Source of the DNA: a phage | Reading direction: 5' to 3' (one strand) | Length of the DNA stretch: 64,000 nt | Sequence record: OZ346212.1 | Part shown: in pieces, positions 26,275 to 35,944 of the stretch | Layout of the letters: every line of letters starts with the position of its first letter | How positions within the stretch are numbered: the first letter of the stretch is position 1 | Made by a program: the position numbers and the translations under genes | Notes under the pieces: model-generated | The model's database searches: none | What the model saw: the letters and a program-made list of their open reading frames with translations, nothing else | What the model was told of the DNA's origin: nothing

Positions 26275-27644
26275 TGGAAAAAGGGCAGTATGACGTAGGC
26301 ACAGATGCTGCCCTCATTGCAATCATGAGTGGTGAGAATGTCTTCGTTTCAGGACCTGCAGGTTGTGGGAAGACGTATCTCATCAACATGATCCAGTCAA
26401 TGTATGGAGACTCTTGCATAACGGTTGCCCCGACAGGGGTAGCCGCTTTAAACGTTAATGGAGCAACAGCACACCGAACATTCGATCTTGCAGCAGGTGT
26501 GAGCATGGAGTCGGACTGGACCGCAATAAGGGCAAAAACAGCAAAGCCTTTGAAAAGCAAGGCATTTACCATCCTAATTATCGATGAAATCTCTATGATC
26601 CGTGCTGATAAGTTTATAGAGATGGATAGGAAACTCCGCTTCCTTCGAAAAAATGACAAACCTTTCGGAGGCATACAGGTCATATTGTTTGGCGATTTTT
26701 ACCAGGCACCTCCTGTTGTCTCTTCTATGGAGAAGGAAGCCTACTTCAACTTCTACCATACGGACCTGTGTTGCTACACCGAATCTTGGAAAGAGCTTGA
26801 CCTCCACAACATAGCCCTAATAGATCAGTTCCGACAGGAGTCTATTCGATTTGCCACAATGCTTAACTGTGTTCGTGAGGGTCGTCGCATAAAAGAGGTT
26901 GTAGCAGAACTTAATGCTCGCTGTTACAAAGGTGGTGTACCAACAGATGCTCTCACAATTTGCGCCACCAACAAACAAGCAGAGGAAGTAAACAGAAGGT
27001 TCTATGATGCCATCAACGCCCCAGAGAAGGTATACACTGGTGAAATGAAGGGTAAGTTTCCCTCCACCCTGCCAGTTGAGCAGGAGATGAAGTTGAAAAT
27101 TGGCATGAAAGTTATGATAACCGCCAACGATGTTGACCCGACGCACAAAGTACCTTATTATGTTAACGGAACACGTGCCACAATTGTTAAATTTAAGAAC
27201 AAGGCGGTGGTGGTAGAGCTTGAAGATGGAACACAGGTTGACATAGAGCAGAGGTTGTGGGAGAATAACGAGTATAAGCCCTCTCAGAGATACAACATTG
27301 CAGAAAGGAAGATGGAGAAGTTTATAGAGAGGGTAGTGATTGGGTCATACAAGCAACTTCCTCTGAAATCTGGGTACGCCGTAACATCTCATAAAAGTCA
27401 AGGACTTACGCTAGATTGTTACAACCTAGACCTTGGAAAGAACGGAGCTTTCTCTCCTGGGATGACGTATGTCGCTTTGAGTAGAGTTAAGACAATACAA
27501 GGAATAAACTTGTTGCGTCCCCTAAGAGAAGTTGACATTATTGTTGACCCGCGAGTAGTAGAGTTTTACAATACAACATTCCCTGACTTAGACAAAATTG
27601 TCAGGAAAGATTTTGAAACCAGAGCAGAAGAGGGGGACGTATGA
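26274..27644 (+). CDS. Dda/Pif1/RecD-like SF1 DNA helicase (456 aa)
   Basis: Walker A GPAGCGKT, motif II IIDEISM, ...ILFGDFYQAPPV..., C-terminal ...SHKSQGLT... Confidence 0.85.
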   Translation: MEKGQYDVGTDAALIAIMSGENVFVSGPAGCGKTYLINMIQSMYGDSCITVAPTGVAALNVNGATAHRTFDLAAGVSMESDWTAIRAKTAKPLKSKAFTILIIDEISMIRADKFIEMDRKLRFLRKNDKPFGGIQVILFGDFYQAPPVVSSMEKEAYFNFYHTDLCCYTESWKELDLHNIALIDQFRQESIRFATMLNCVREGRRIKEVVAELNARCYKGGVPTDALTICATNKQAEEVNRRFYDAINAPEKVYTGEMKGKFPSTLPVEQEMKLKIGMKVMITANDVDPTHKVPYYVNGTRATIVKFKNKAVVVELEDGTQVDIEQRLWENNEYKPSQRYNIAERKMEKFIERVVIGSYKQLPLKSGYAVTSHKSQGLTLDCYNLDLGKNGAFSPGMTYVALSRVKTIQGINLLRPLREVDIIVDPRVVEFYNTTFPDLDKIVRKDFETRAEEGDV

Positions 27645-27982
27645 GTTTGTGGAGAAATATCGTTAACTACGTGTGTGGCAATCCGACTCCTGAAGAGAAG
27701 GATGTTGTGATTCACGATTTTACTAAAAGATCTCGTGAAAAAGATCTACTGCTAACAAAGGTGACTGATAAAGATCCTGCAGTAGGGGACTGGGCAGGTT
27801 TTGCGTTTACATCGGACAAATACACCTTTAACAAAGGTGACTACCTTGTTGTGGATTTTAACGAAGACATTGAGGGTGCTGAACCTTACTATCAAACCCT
27901 TATTGTTGCAGGGTGTGTTAATCTCTCTGCAGGTATGCACAGTTTGATTCTTTTTGAGCTTGACTCTGAAGACCTTGAGTAG
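27641..27982 (+). CDS. hypothetical protein (113 aa)
   Basis: ORF overlapping upstream stop, SD GAGGGGG. Confidence 0.6.
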   Translation: MSLWRNIVNYVCGNPTPEEKDVVIHDFTKRSREKDLLLTKVTDKDPAVGDWAGFAFTSDKYTFNKGDYLVVDFNEDIEGAEPYYQTLIVAGCVNLSAGMHSLILFELDSEDLE

Positions 27983-28043
27983 TAAGATGTGAGTATAAAG
28001 GGGAGGCACTCCTCCCCACAAAAACTAAGGAGAGCACCAAACG

Positions 28044-29369
28044 ATGAGTAAAACCAAATTAGAACTAACCTGGATAGGTAAAAACGAGCGCAAAAAGTTA
28101 GAGCCGCACATTTTGTTAGAAGATTCTAGCAAGTCTTACCACAGCCAGAAAGTGACCGAAAACGATATTTTTGATAATAAACTGATTTTTGGAGATAACT
28201 TATTAGCATTGAAGGCGCTAGAGCAAGAGTATGCAGGCAAAGTGAAGTGTGTTTACATAGACCCGCCATTCAATACCGGGAGGGCTTTTGAGCACTACGA
28301 TGATAGCCTGGAGCATTCCATTTGGCTGGGCTTAATGAGGGATAGGTTAGAAATAATTCGTAATCTTCTAAGTGATGATGGGGTAATATTCGTTCACTTA
28401 GATGATTGCGAAATGGCGTATTTAAAAGTTTTGATGGACGAGATTTTTGGTCGTGCAAATCAGTTAAATACCATATCGATGACCACAAATTCCCCTTCGG
28501 GATTTAAGGCAACAGGAGCCACAGTTTTCTCCACAGCAAACTTTTTGCTTGTATATGCAAAAGATCGCACCCAGAAACCGCTTAATAAAATCTATATACC
28601 TAAAGGGTACGATACAGGATATAACAAATACCTATTAAACCCGGATGACCATTATAAAAATTGGACGTGGTGCAGTATTGCCGATGCGTTTGCAAAGGCC
28701 AATGGCTATAAGGATGCAAAAGAAGCCAAGAAAAAACTGCCTGACACATTCGATGATGAATTAGCACAATTCGCAATTGATAATGCAGAACGTGTATTTC
28801 AATCTGTTGCAATTGGTGGTGGTGCTAAAATAAAGAGAAAAGAAACTATCGAGAAGTCAAAGAAAGATAGGGATAAGGTTTATGTACATCCAAATGAGGA
28901 TGTTGAAGGATTTTATATCGCAAATGGTAGGCAAATGGTCTTTTACTCCAATAGGCTTTTGGAAATTGACGGTGAGATGCAACCTGCGGAACTAATAACT
29001 GATGTTTGGACAGACATTAGTTGGAATGGAATAGCAAATGAAGGCGGCGTTAGTTTCAAAAATGGGAAAAAACCAGAAGCGCTTTTGAAGCGGATTTTCG
29101 AAATGTGTACGCGAGAAGGCGATTTGGTATTGGATTCATTCGGTGGTTCGGGAACTACTGCTGCTGTAGCTCACAAGATGAAAAGACGTTGGATCTCAAT
29201 CGAGCTAGGTGATCATTGTCATACCCATATTATTCCGCGCTTAGAAAAAGTGATCGATGGCGAAGATCAAGGTGGTATTTCTAAGTCTGTAAGCTGGCAA
29301 GGTGGTGGTGGCTTCCGTTATTACAAACTCACCCCGGCCTTAGTTGCGAAAGATAAGTCTGATCAATAA
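28044..29369 (+). CDS. DNA methyltransferase, N6-adenine/N4-cytosine class, beta-type motif order (441 aa)
   Basis: Catalytic motif IV IDPPFNTG precedes AdoMet motif I LDSFGGSGTT; SD AAGGAGAG. Confidence 0.8.
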   Translation: MSKTKLELTWIGKNERKKLEPHILLEDSSKSYHSQKVTENDIFDNKLIFGDNLLALKALEQEYAGKVKCVYIDPPFNTGRAFEHYDDSLEHSIWLGLMRDRLEIIRNLLSDDGVIFVHLDDCEMAYLKVLMDEIFGRANQLNTISMTTNSPSGFKATGATVFSTANFLLVYAKDRTQKPLNKIYIPKGYDTGYNKYLLNPDDHYKNWTWCSIADAFAKANGYKDAKEAKKKLPDTFDDELAQFAIDNAERVFQSVAIGGGAKIKRKETIEKSKKDRDKVYVHPNEDVEGFYIANGRQMVFYSNRLLEIDGEMQPAELITDVWTDISWNGIANEGGVSFKNGKKPEALLKRIFEMCTREGDLVLDSFGGSGTTAAVAHKMKRRWISIELGDHCHTHIIPRLEKVIDGEDQGGISKSVSWQGGGGFRYYKLTPALVAKDKSDQ

Positions 29370-29382
29370 AGAGTACAATCAA

Positions 29383-29688
29383 ATGATGAAACGTTATAAA
29401 CCATACACTTTTGAAATCGATTTCGAACTTGACGATATGTTCACTGTGGAAGCTCAGGCAGTTGTCCAGTTGCCAGACCCAGAGTGTCGTGATTCTGATG
29501 TTGACTATTATGGATTTAGACAGATCACTGATGTGCATGTTTACCACAACGGTGAAGAGGTGGACTTCCACCAATTGCCAAACGATATGCGCCACTCAAT
29601 TTACAAACGTGCAGCCCGTGAACTAGAGTCCTATCTGGATGCAGCGACGACAGCAGCTGCATTTGCTGAAGAAGTGGGAGGTTTCTGA
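29383..29688 (+). CDS. hypothetical protein (101 aa; track start 29344 is TTG overlapping MTase gene)
   Basis: First in-frame ATG after the MTase stop. Confidence 0.5.
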   Translation: MMKRYKPYTFEIDFELDDMFTVEAQAVVQLPDPECRDSDVDYYGFRQITDVHVYHNGEEVDFHQLPNDMRHSIYKRAARELESYLDAATTAAAFAEEVGGF

Positions 29689-30083
29689 TGATTACAGGTG
29701 TGAAGATTATCCAATACCACTTAACCAAATTGGAAGATGCTGAAAAAGAGCTTGCAGAAGTTCTAAATAGTGGATATACTTTGCTATCATGCGCCTGCTC
29801 AGACACCTACGCTGTGTGGACACTTATCCGGAAGGAGGAGCCTGCAGGGATCTTGGTGCCAAACCCTAAGATTATCAGTGAAGTGGATGACTGCTCTCAG
29901 GACGGCCTGTCAGAAGACTGGGAAGCATGGGAAGGTGGTGAAAACCCTGCACCAGGTAAGTGGGTAAAATACAAACTACGTAGCGGTGCACAGCACGCTG
30001 GATACTCTGATAACCTGGACTGGAGTCATTCTTCACCGGAATCATTGGTAAGTGCATATGATATCGTTGCTTTTCAGGAATAA
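29688..30083 (+). CDS. hypothetical protein (131 aa)
   Basis: SD GGGAGG, start overlaps upstream stop. Confidence 0.6.
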   Translation: MITGVKIIQYHLTKLEDAEKELAEVLNSGYTLLSCACSDTYAVWTLIRKEEPAGILVPNPKIISEVDDCSQDGLSEDWEAWEGGENPAPGKWVKYKLRSGAQHAGYSDNLDWSHSSPESLVSAYDIVAFQE

Positions 30084-30095
30084 GGAGAGAGTGTT

Positions 30096-30578
30096 ATGTC
30101 AGATTTTATGTGGAAAGTAGGTTATGCCTCTCCTGAAATGTGCGAGGCTTGCTTTGTAAAAATAGGCCGCGAGGATATTGACAAAGTGATCTTTAAGTTT
30201 CGTGATGTATCTGTGATCGGCAACCGAGTGCTTAAGCACTTAAAGAATCTGAAGCTCACCAAAAAGAAGTTCTTCGGACTTTTCGAAGAGAAAGTTGATG
30301 CTTGGACCCATTGCATTCAGGAAGCTAAATCTCACTACAGTGCTATCGTTACCCCAGAACGGGTAGCCAAGATGGAAGGATTCATCAACAGCACAGAGTT
30401 TGAGTGCCTAAAGGCTGCCCTTAATAGTTATCCAAAGTGCCTCAAACACCTTGACAAGTATGTAGAAAAGGATGGGGAAATGTATCTCACCCTGGACGCA
30501 TATTATGAGATGCAAGAAATTTTAAATTTAGATTTGACATTGGTATCCACCGAGTATACAATAGGTATCCGGGTTTAA
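30096..30578 (+). CDS. hypothetical protein (160 aa)
   Basis: SD AAGGAGAGAG upstream. Confidence 0.65.
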   Translation: MSDFMWKVGYASPEMCEACFVKIGREDIDKVIFKFRDVSVIGNRVLKHLKNLKLTKKKFFGLFEEKVDAWTHCIQEAKSHYSAIVTPERVAKMEGFINSTEFECLKAALNSYPKCLKHLDKYVEKDGEMYLTLDAYYEMQEILNLDLTLVSTEYTIGIRV

Positions 30579-30584
30579 CACTAG

Positions 30585-30611
30585 GCCCTGCCCGAAAGGG
30601 TGGGGCTTTTT
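30585..30611 (+). terminator. rho-independent terminator with GAAA tetraloop
   Basis: GCCCTGCCC-gaaa-GGGTGGGGC followed by TTTTT; near-identical hairpin recurs at 41573. Confidence 0.7.
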
Positions 30612-30629
30612 GCATTAGGAGACAGCAAA

Positions 30630-31394
30630 TTGAAATTTATCTACAAAGAACACTACCACAAAGGTGTTGTGTGGAGTCTATTTGACGGGTCTGGTGGTGC
30701 AGTCATTGACTGGGCAAAAGCTGGGTACCTGTGCCTGTGCTTTAATGCAGAAGGCGCTGATCACGGCAGTTATGCAGAGGTTATAACCGATCATCCCAAC
30801 ATTCACTATGTGGATTATTGGATTGACCCATGGTTCCCTCAGGAAACTTTTTGCATGTACCCAGCTCCAGACTTTATTCTTGCATTTCCTCCGTGCACGC
30901 ATTTAGCGGTATCAGGTGCTGCACATTTTAAGAAAAAGCTGGCTAAGGACCCTCTGATCCAAATTAATGCCGTAAAGGATGCTCGGGTTGCGGAAGAGCT
31001 GGGAGAGATTTACGATTGCCCGTGGCATGTAGAGAATCCTGTGGGTGTTATGTCCACACTGTGGCGCAAACCTGATTACCGTTTTCATCCTTCTGACTAT
31101 GGTGGGTATTTACCGGAGGATGATGTAAACCCTTGGTTTCCTGAATTTATAGCTCCACGTGATGCCTATCCAAAAATAACTTGCGGCTGGATAGGTAATG
31201 GATTTATAATCCCGCCCACAAAACCTGTCCCGCAAATAGTTGACGCGGTTAGCGGGTATTCTATGCAACACGCCAAGCTGGGTGGAAAGAGTGCAAGAAC
31301 GAAGATGATTCGAAGTCTCACACCACGTGGCTGGGCAAAAGCCGTATTCTTAGCAAACGAGCCTGTAGTAAGGAGCAGAATTAATGGGAAGTAA
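30630..31394 (+). CDS. DNA (cytosine-5)-methyltransferase-like protein (254 aa, TTG start)
   Basis: Motif I LFDGSGG, motif IV FPPCTH (PC dipeptide, Q replaced by T), motif VI VENPVG; TTG start at 30630 with SD AGGAGA because track ATG 30600 lies in the terminator hairpin. Confidence 0.5.
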   Translation: MKFIYKEHYHKGVVWSLFDGSGGAVIDWAKAGYLCLCFNAEGADHGSYAEVITDHPNIHYVDYWIDPWFPQETFCMYPAPDFILAFPPCTHLAVSGAAHFKKKLAKDPLIQINAVKDARVAEELGEIYDCPWHVENPVGVMSTLWRKPDYRFHPSDYGGYLPEDDVNPWFPEFIAPRDAYPKITCGWIGNGFIIPPTKPVPQIVDAVSGYSMQHAKLGGKSARTKMIRSLTPRGWAKAVFLANEPVVRSRINGK

Positions 31395-33462
31395 ATTTAT
31401 GGCATCTGCATACAACCGTTTCGGTGAGCCAAACCCGAAAGCAACTAAGTATAAAAGTGGGGGGAGTGTGAAACGAGACTATCGTGATGAAAAAGAAGTT
31501 GAAACTGTAGAGACTGTTTTAGAAAATACTAAAATTGTCCCTGTCCCACAACAAAATATCGGTCTGATGGCTGCACAATATTTTGGTGTGCGATCAGCAT
31601 TGTCCCAAGAAGACGGTGTGACAGTCACTGCAACATATTTCCCATATTACGACCGCTACGGAAATCTGTCTGGTTTCAAAAAGCGTGACTGGACTATTCC
31701 TAAAGAGCAAAGGGGCCATTTCTCCGTTGTTGGCATCGTAAAGGCCAACTCCCAGATGTTTGGTCAAAAGCTGTGTGCATCTTCCAACAACCGTAAGCAG
31801 ATTAATGTTTGTGAGGGAGAAGGTGATGTTATTGCAGCATGGCAGGCTGCATATCAAATACAAGTAAAAGGGATTCTCACCAACGCTAAAGCCCCGGCAA
31901 AGGTGAAACAGTGGGCTAAAGAGGTCCAGGACGGGATCGATGCAGTTATCAACGGGGGTGATTTGGCAGGAAAACCCTGCCTGCCTTTTGTTGGAATTAA
32001 CTGTGGATGTGCAAACGCAGTAGATACTTTTGCAAACAATGAGAAATTTATCCGTAGCTACGGAACAGTGGTCCTTGCAATGGACAACGATGCGGCTAAC
32101 GAGGTAGAGAAGCAAAAACACGTTATCAAAGGTGTTGAAGCCACACATAATATTGCAGCATTTTTGATGGCTGACAACGTTTACCACGTGGAATATCCTG
32201 GCGAGGTAAACGACCCTGATGGTGTAAAAGATATCCGTGACATGCTGAAGGCTAAAAAGCTGGAAGATATTGTAAACATGTTCCGGCATCCTGTTAAGTA
32301 TGTGCCTGATGCTGTGTCGGATTTAGAAGACTTCTCTATCGAATCTTTGCGGAAAAAGACTTCCAACGGGGTAGATATCAGCGCAGAGTTTCCAAAACTG
32401 CAAAAAATGCTAAAAGGCTTGCACAAAGGGACACTCGTAATGCTTACAGGTCCATCAGGAGGTGGTAAAACAACTGTAGCCAAAAAACTGGAACACTGTA
32501 TTGCAAGATACCTAATGGACCCGACATGTCCAAAGGCCGATGACTACGAAGAGGATGATCGTCTATGCATGATTCATCTTGAGGAGGACCCAGAGGAAGC
32601 AATTAACTCCTTGTATGCAAACCAGTTAGGGTTTGATGTTAAAGAGTTTGTTGAAGATCCTAGCCAGTTTTTAACTGATCAAGAACATGCAGAGATTCAC
32701 CAATCATGGGCAAAAGCTGGAAAAATCAAAGTGTTCAAACATTTCGGGTCTATTCCAGTGGACGAGTTGATTACCAAGCTTAAGCAAATGGTCTGCCTGT
32801 ACCATTGTCGCTATATTGTGCTGGATCACCTGTCTATGGTAATTTCAGGGCTTAATGTTAAAGATGAGCGAAAAGAACTGGACATGGCTATGACTCAGCT
32901 GGCTGCGTTTTGTAAGCAGTTTAACGTGTTTATCTTGGTGATCGCTCACCTCAAACGTACAGAGATTGTGCCTCCTAAGGACAAGGATGGTAACCCATTA
33001 CCTTTCTGGTATCCTGTGCGAAAAGAGAATTTGCGAGGATCGGCTGGGCTTGAACAGTTGAGTTGGGTAGTCATAGGTGTCGAGGCCGAAGAAATGGTGG
33101 ATCGTTCTCGTGGGCGTGTCCGTCTGGTAGGTCTTAAAAACCGTCCAGCAAAAACTTTAGGTATTGCTGACACTTTAGTTATGGACCCACATACAGGTAA
33201 GTTCCATGATGCCAGTAATTGGTACTGGGACAAAGAAATGCAGATGTTTACAGACGGAGAAGGTGGGGAGGTTGTTTGGAGACCTCAGGCCATGTTTGAG
33301 GACCAAGAGCATGCAGTTGTAGAAACACCTATGGGCAAGGTTGTAGCCGATAAGGTTGTAACTCCTACTATTAAGCCTGTTGACACGCAGGAAGACCTTC
33401 AGTACGATGATCCATCCTCTGATCCGGTCCCCGGTTTTGAGGATGATGAAACACCTTTTTAA
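31384..33462 (+). CDS. T7 gp4-type primase-helicase (692 aa)
   Basis: N-terminal TOPRIM-like acidic motifs (CEGEGD, AMDNDAAN); C-terminal DnaB-like helicase Walker A GPSGGGKT and Walker B IVLDHL. Confidence 0.8.
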   Translation: MGSKFMASAYNRFGEPNPKATKYKSGGSVKRDYRDEKEVETVETVLENTKIVPVPQQNIGLMAAQYFGVRSALSQEDGVTVTATYFPYYDRYGNLSGFKKRDWTIPKEQRGHFSVVGIVKANSQMFGQKLCASSNNRKQINVCEGEGDVIAAWQAAYQIQVKGILTNAKAPAKVKQWAKEVQDGIDAVINGGDLAGKPCLPFVGINCGCANAVDTFANNEKFIRSYGTVVLAMDNDAANEVEKQKHVIKGVEATHNIAAFLMADNVYHVEYPGEVNDPDGVKDIRDMLKAKKLEDIVNMFRHPVKYVPDAVSDLEDFSIESLRKKTSNGVDISAEFPKLQKMLKGLHKGTLVMLTGPSGGGKTTVAKKLEHCIARYLMDPTCPKADDYEEDDRLCMIHLEEDPEEAINSLYANQLGFDVKEFVEDPSQFLTDQEHAEIHQSWAKAGKIKVFKHFGSIPVDELITKLKQMVCLYHCRYIVLDHLSMVISGLNVKDERKELDMAMTQLAAFCKQFNVFILVIAHLKRTEIVPPKDKDGNPLPFWYPVRKENLRGSAGLEQLSWVVIGVEAEEMVDRSRGRVRLVGLKNRPAKTLGIADTLVMDPHTGKFHDASNWYWDKEMQMFTDGEGGEVVWRPQAMFEDQEHAVVETPMGKVVADKVVTPTIKPVDTQEDLQYDDPSSDPVPGFEDDETPF

Positions 33463-33520
33463 TGTTTAACAAAGAGTGGGAGGGGTAGTACAACCGCCTC
33501 CCCTTTAAGGAGAACTGTAT

Positions 33521-35944
33521 ATGAGCATGTGGTCGTTCGACTTTGAGTCATCCGGTTTGCTGGAAGACCCAGATCTTTATTATCACTGCGGCCTGTTTAA
33601 AGAGCTGAATAAGAACCGTTTTATGCTGTTCCTTCCTCTAAATGACCGCACACACTACTCCGAGGAGGATATAGAAAAGGCTAAGAACTTCATTCTGGCA
33701 AAGAAAACTCTTTATAAAGATTTTGAAGTTCGCATAGCAGATTTTTCAGAGTTGGAAGGTTGGCTTACAGGAAATTCTGACTGGTCACCAACAGCTTTGA
33801 ACTGCCATAACTGCTACAGTTATGACTTTATGCTGATGGAAAGATTATCTGGTATTCATTTTGATATGTTCCGTGATCCTAAGTGTATGGGGACTATCAA
33901 CGATCACCAGGTTAACCTGTTTGATACGTTGGCGATGAGCCGAATCTTGTGGCCTGATCGCCCTTTACCAAAAGGTTGTCCGGACTCTGTATTCAACCCG
34001 GTTACTAAGAAAATGCAGCCTGTTGGTCCTCACGGCCTTATGGCATGGGGCTACGCCCTTGGTAACCAGAAAGTTCAAATTGATGACTGGCGCGATCTTC
34101 CGTTATGGAAGTATGTGGATCGTGTATTTGAGGACGTTATCATCCAGGAGCTGCTCTGGAAAGAGCTGGTAGCGGAATCAAAAGGTGTATTCTACGGCAA
34201 ATCTGACATGCAGAACTTTATGTACGATCCTGCCAAAGAGAAGCCGAAAGGGTTCAAGAAGATCACCTGGAAGAACGCATTACGTCGAGGCATGTTGCAG
34301 CACTTCCTGATGGAGCTGCAGGCCCGTCAGGGTGTATACTTCGACATAGATGGGGCTATTGCTTTACGTGACCGCTGCGATGCGTGGATGAAAGAGATCG
34401 CTGATCGTGTTGAACCACAACTGCCTTTAAAAGAGCTGTCAATGTCTCAGCGGCCCAAGTTCCCTGAAAAGCCGTTTAACCAAGATGGGACAATCTCTAA
34501 TAATGGTTGGAAATGGTTAAAAGATAAGCTTGGCTATCCTGTGGACATGAGTGCTTTAGAGTTCAAAGCCCCACCTAAGCGAGCATTTACCTCTACAGGA
34601 GATGTCAGTAAGATGGGGATAAAATGGTGTGAAGAGATGGGCTGCAAAGACCACGATAAGATGGCTGATTTCTTGAGAGGTTATATTAAGGGCACCTCCA
34701 CACCACAACCTTTACCTAAAGAGCTGATGGATCAGGCAATAAGCGATCTGCAACAGAAGCGAATGCCTGACTGCAAGATACCTATGAAAATCAGCAATCA
34801 GGACGACATTAAGCGATACCTGATCAGTGCTGGTTGGCTTCCGACAATGTGGAGAACTAAGGATGTAACTAAGGACAGCAAGAAGAAAGCTCTACCTGAT
34901 GCAGATGTTGATGCACGAGTATATGCATACATGGACGAGCTTTTAGAGTCAGAGTATTGTGACCTAATTATCAACTTCTGGAACAAAACTGATGCTAAGT
35001 TTCAGACAACAGTGCACAAGTTCCGAAGCTTTCCTAACTCCGAAAGGATTAAAAAGGAAGTGTTCGGGAAAATACGCAGAAAAGCCAGGGCACTTATTAC
35101 TTCTCCGCAACTGAAAGATACGTTTGGACACCTATGTCCGAATCTTGAAAAATTGAACGGAGAGATGGCTAAAGATATCGTCTTGTGGTTATCATTGCGA
35201 AACCGCAGATCGGTCCTTGATCCAATCAAGGAGGATAAGGTTGATACTGGTCTTCTTAATCACCCACGTTTGAAGATTGACCATAAGCTTCCTGCTAAAA
35301 GCTCTGGATTAACAAACACTTCCCGACAGAAACACAGTATTTGTGCAAACATGCCTAAACCATCTCCTAAAGTGGTTATGGGTAAAGAGATGCGTAGCTT
35401 GTGGGGTGTTCCTCCTGGATACTTTGAGATCGGTATTGACGGGTCCAACTTAGAGCAGCTTATCGGGGCTTGGGGTGCCTTTGAGTTCGACAACGGCTTG
35501 TACTATGATGTTGTAAGTAACGGGGACGCACACCAAAACAATGCTGAGGCATATACAAAAGTAGCAGGCAGAGAGGTGTCTCGTAACGACGGTAAACCTA
35601 TCACGTATGGGGTTATGTACGGGGCACAAAAAGATAAAGTTGCAGATATGCTGGATATCTCCCCAGAGTTGGGGCAAAGGGTGATCGATGCACTTTGGGA
35701 TGCCAACCCAGGTCTTAAGGGGCGCAAAGAGGATCTGGAGAAATTCTGGGAAGCAACAGGTAAGAAGTTTATCTACTCTTTTGATGGTCATGCTATCTGG
35801 ACCCGATCTAAACACTCTTTACTTAATGCATACCAACAAAATGGCGGCGCATCGTTGTGTGACTTAGTTGGGATACTCATGCACCATCAAATGGTGAAGC
35901 GTGGGTGGTACGATGAAGGTGTTCGTCGTATTATCTATTACCAT
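33521..35944 (+). CDS. DNA polymerase, family A, exon 1 (exo domain through motif B)
   Basis: Exo I SFDFES; motif A ...EIGIDGSNLEQL...; motif B ...RNDGKPITYGVMYGA...; the ORF reaches a stop 2 codons after the proposed 5' splice site and lacks motif C. Confidence 0.8.

Noticed and set aside
26255-27146. - strand track ORFs antisense to the helicase gene (26255..26683, 26574..26807, 26817..27146)
   Set aside because: They lie inside a well-supported + strand helicase ORF with conserved motifs; no signals.
31594-33233. - strand track ORFs antisense to the primase-helicase (231 aa and smaller)
   Set aside because: Antisense to a conserved-motif gene, low-complexity translations, no RBS.
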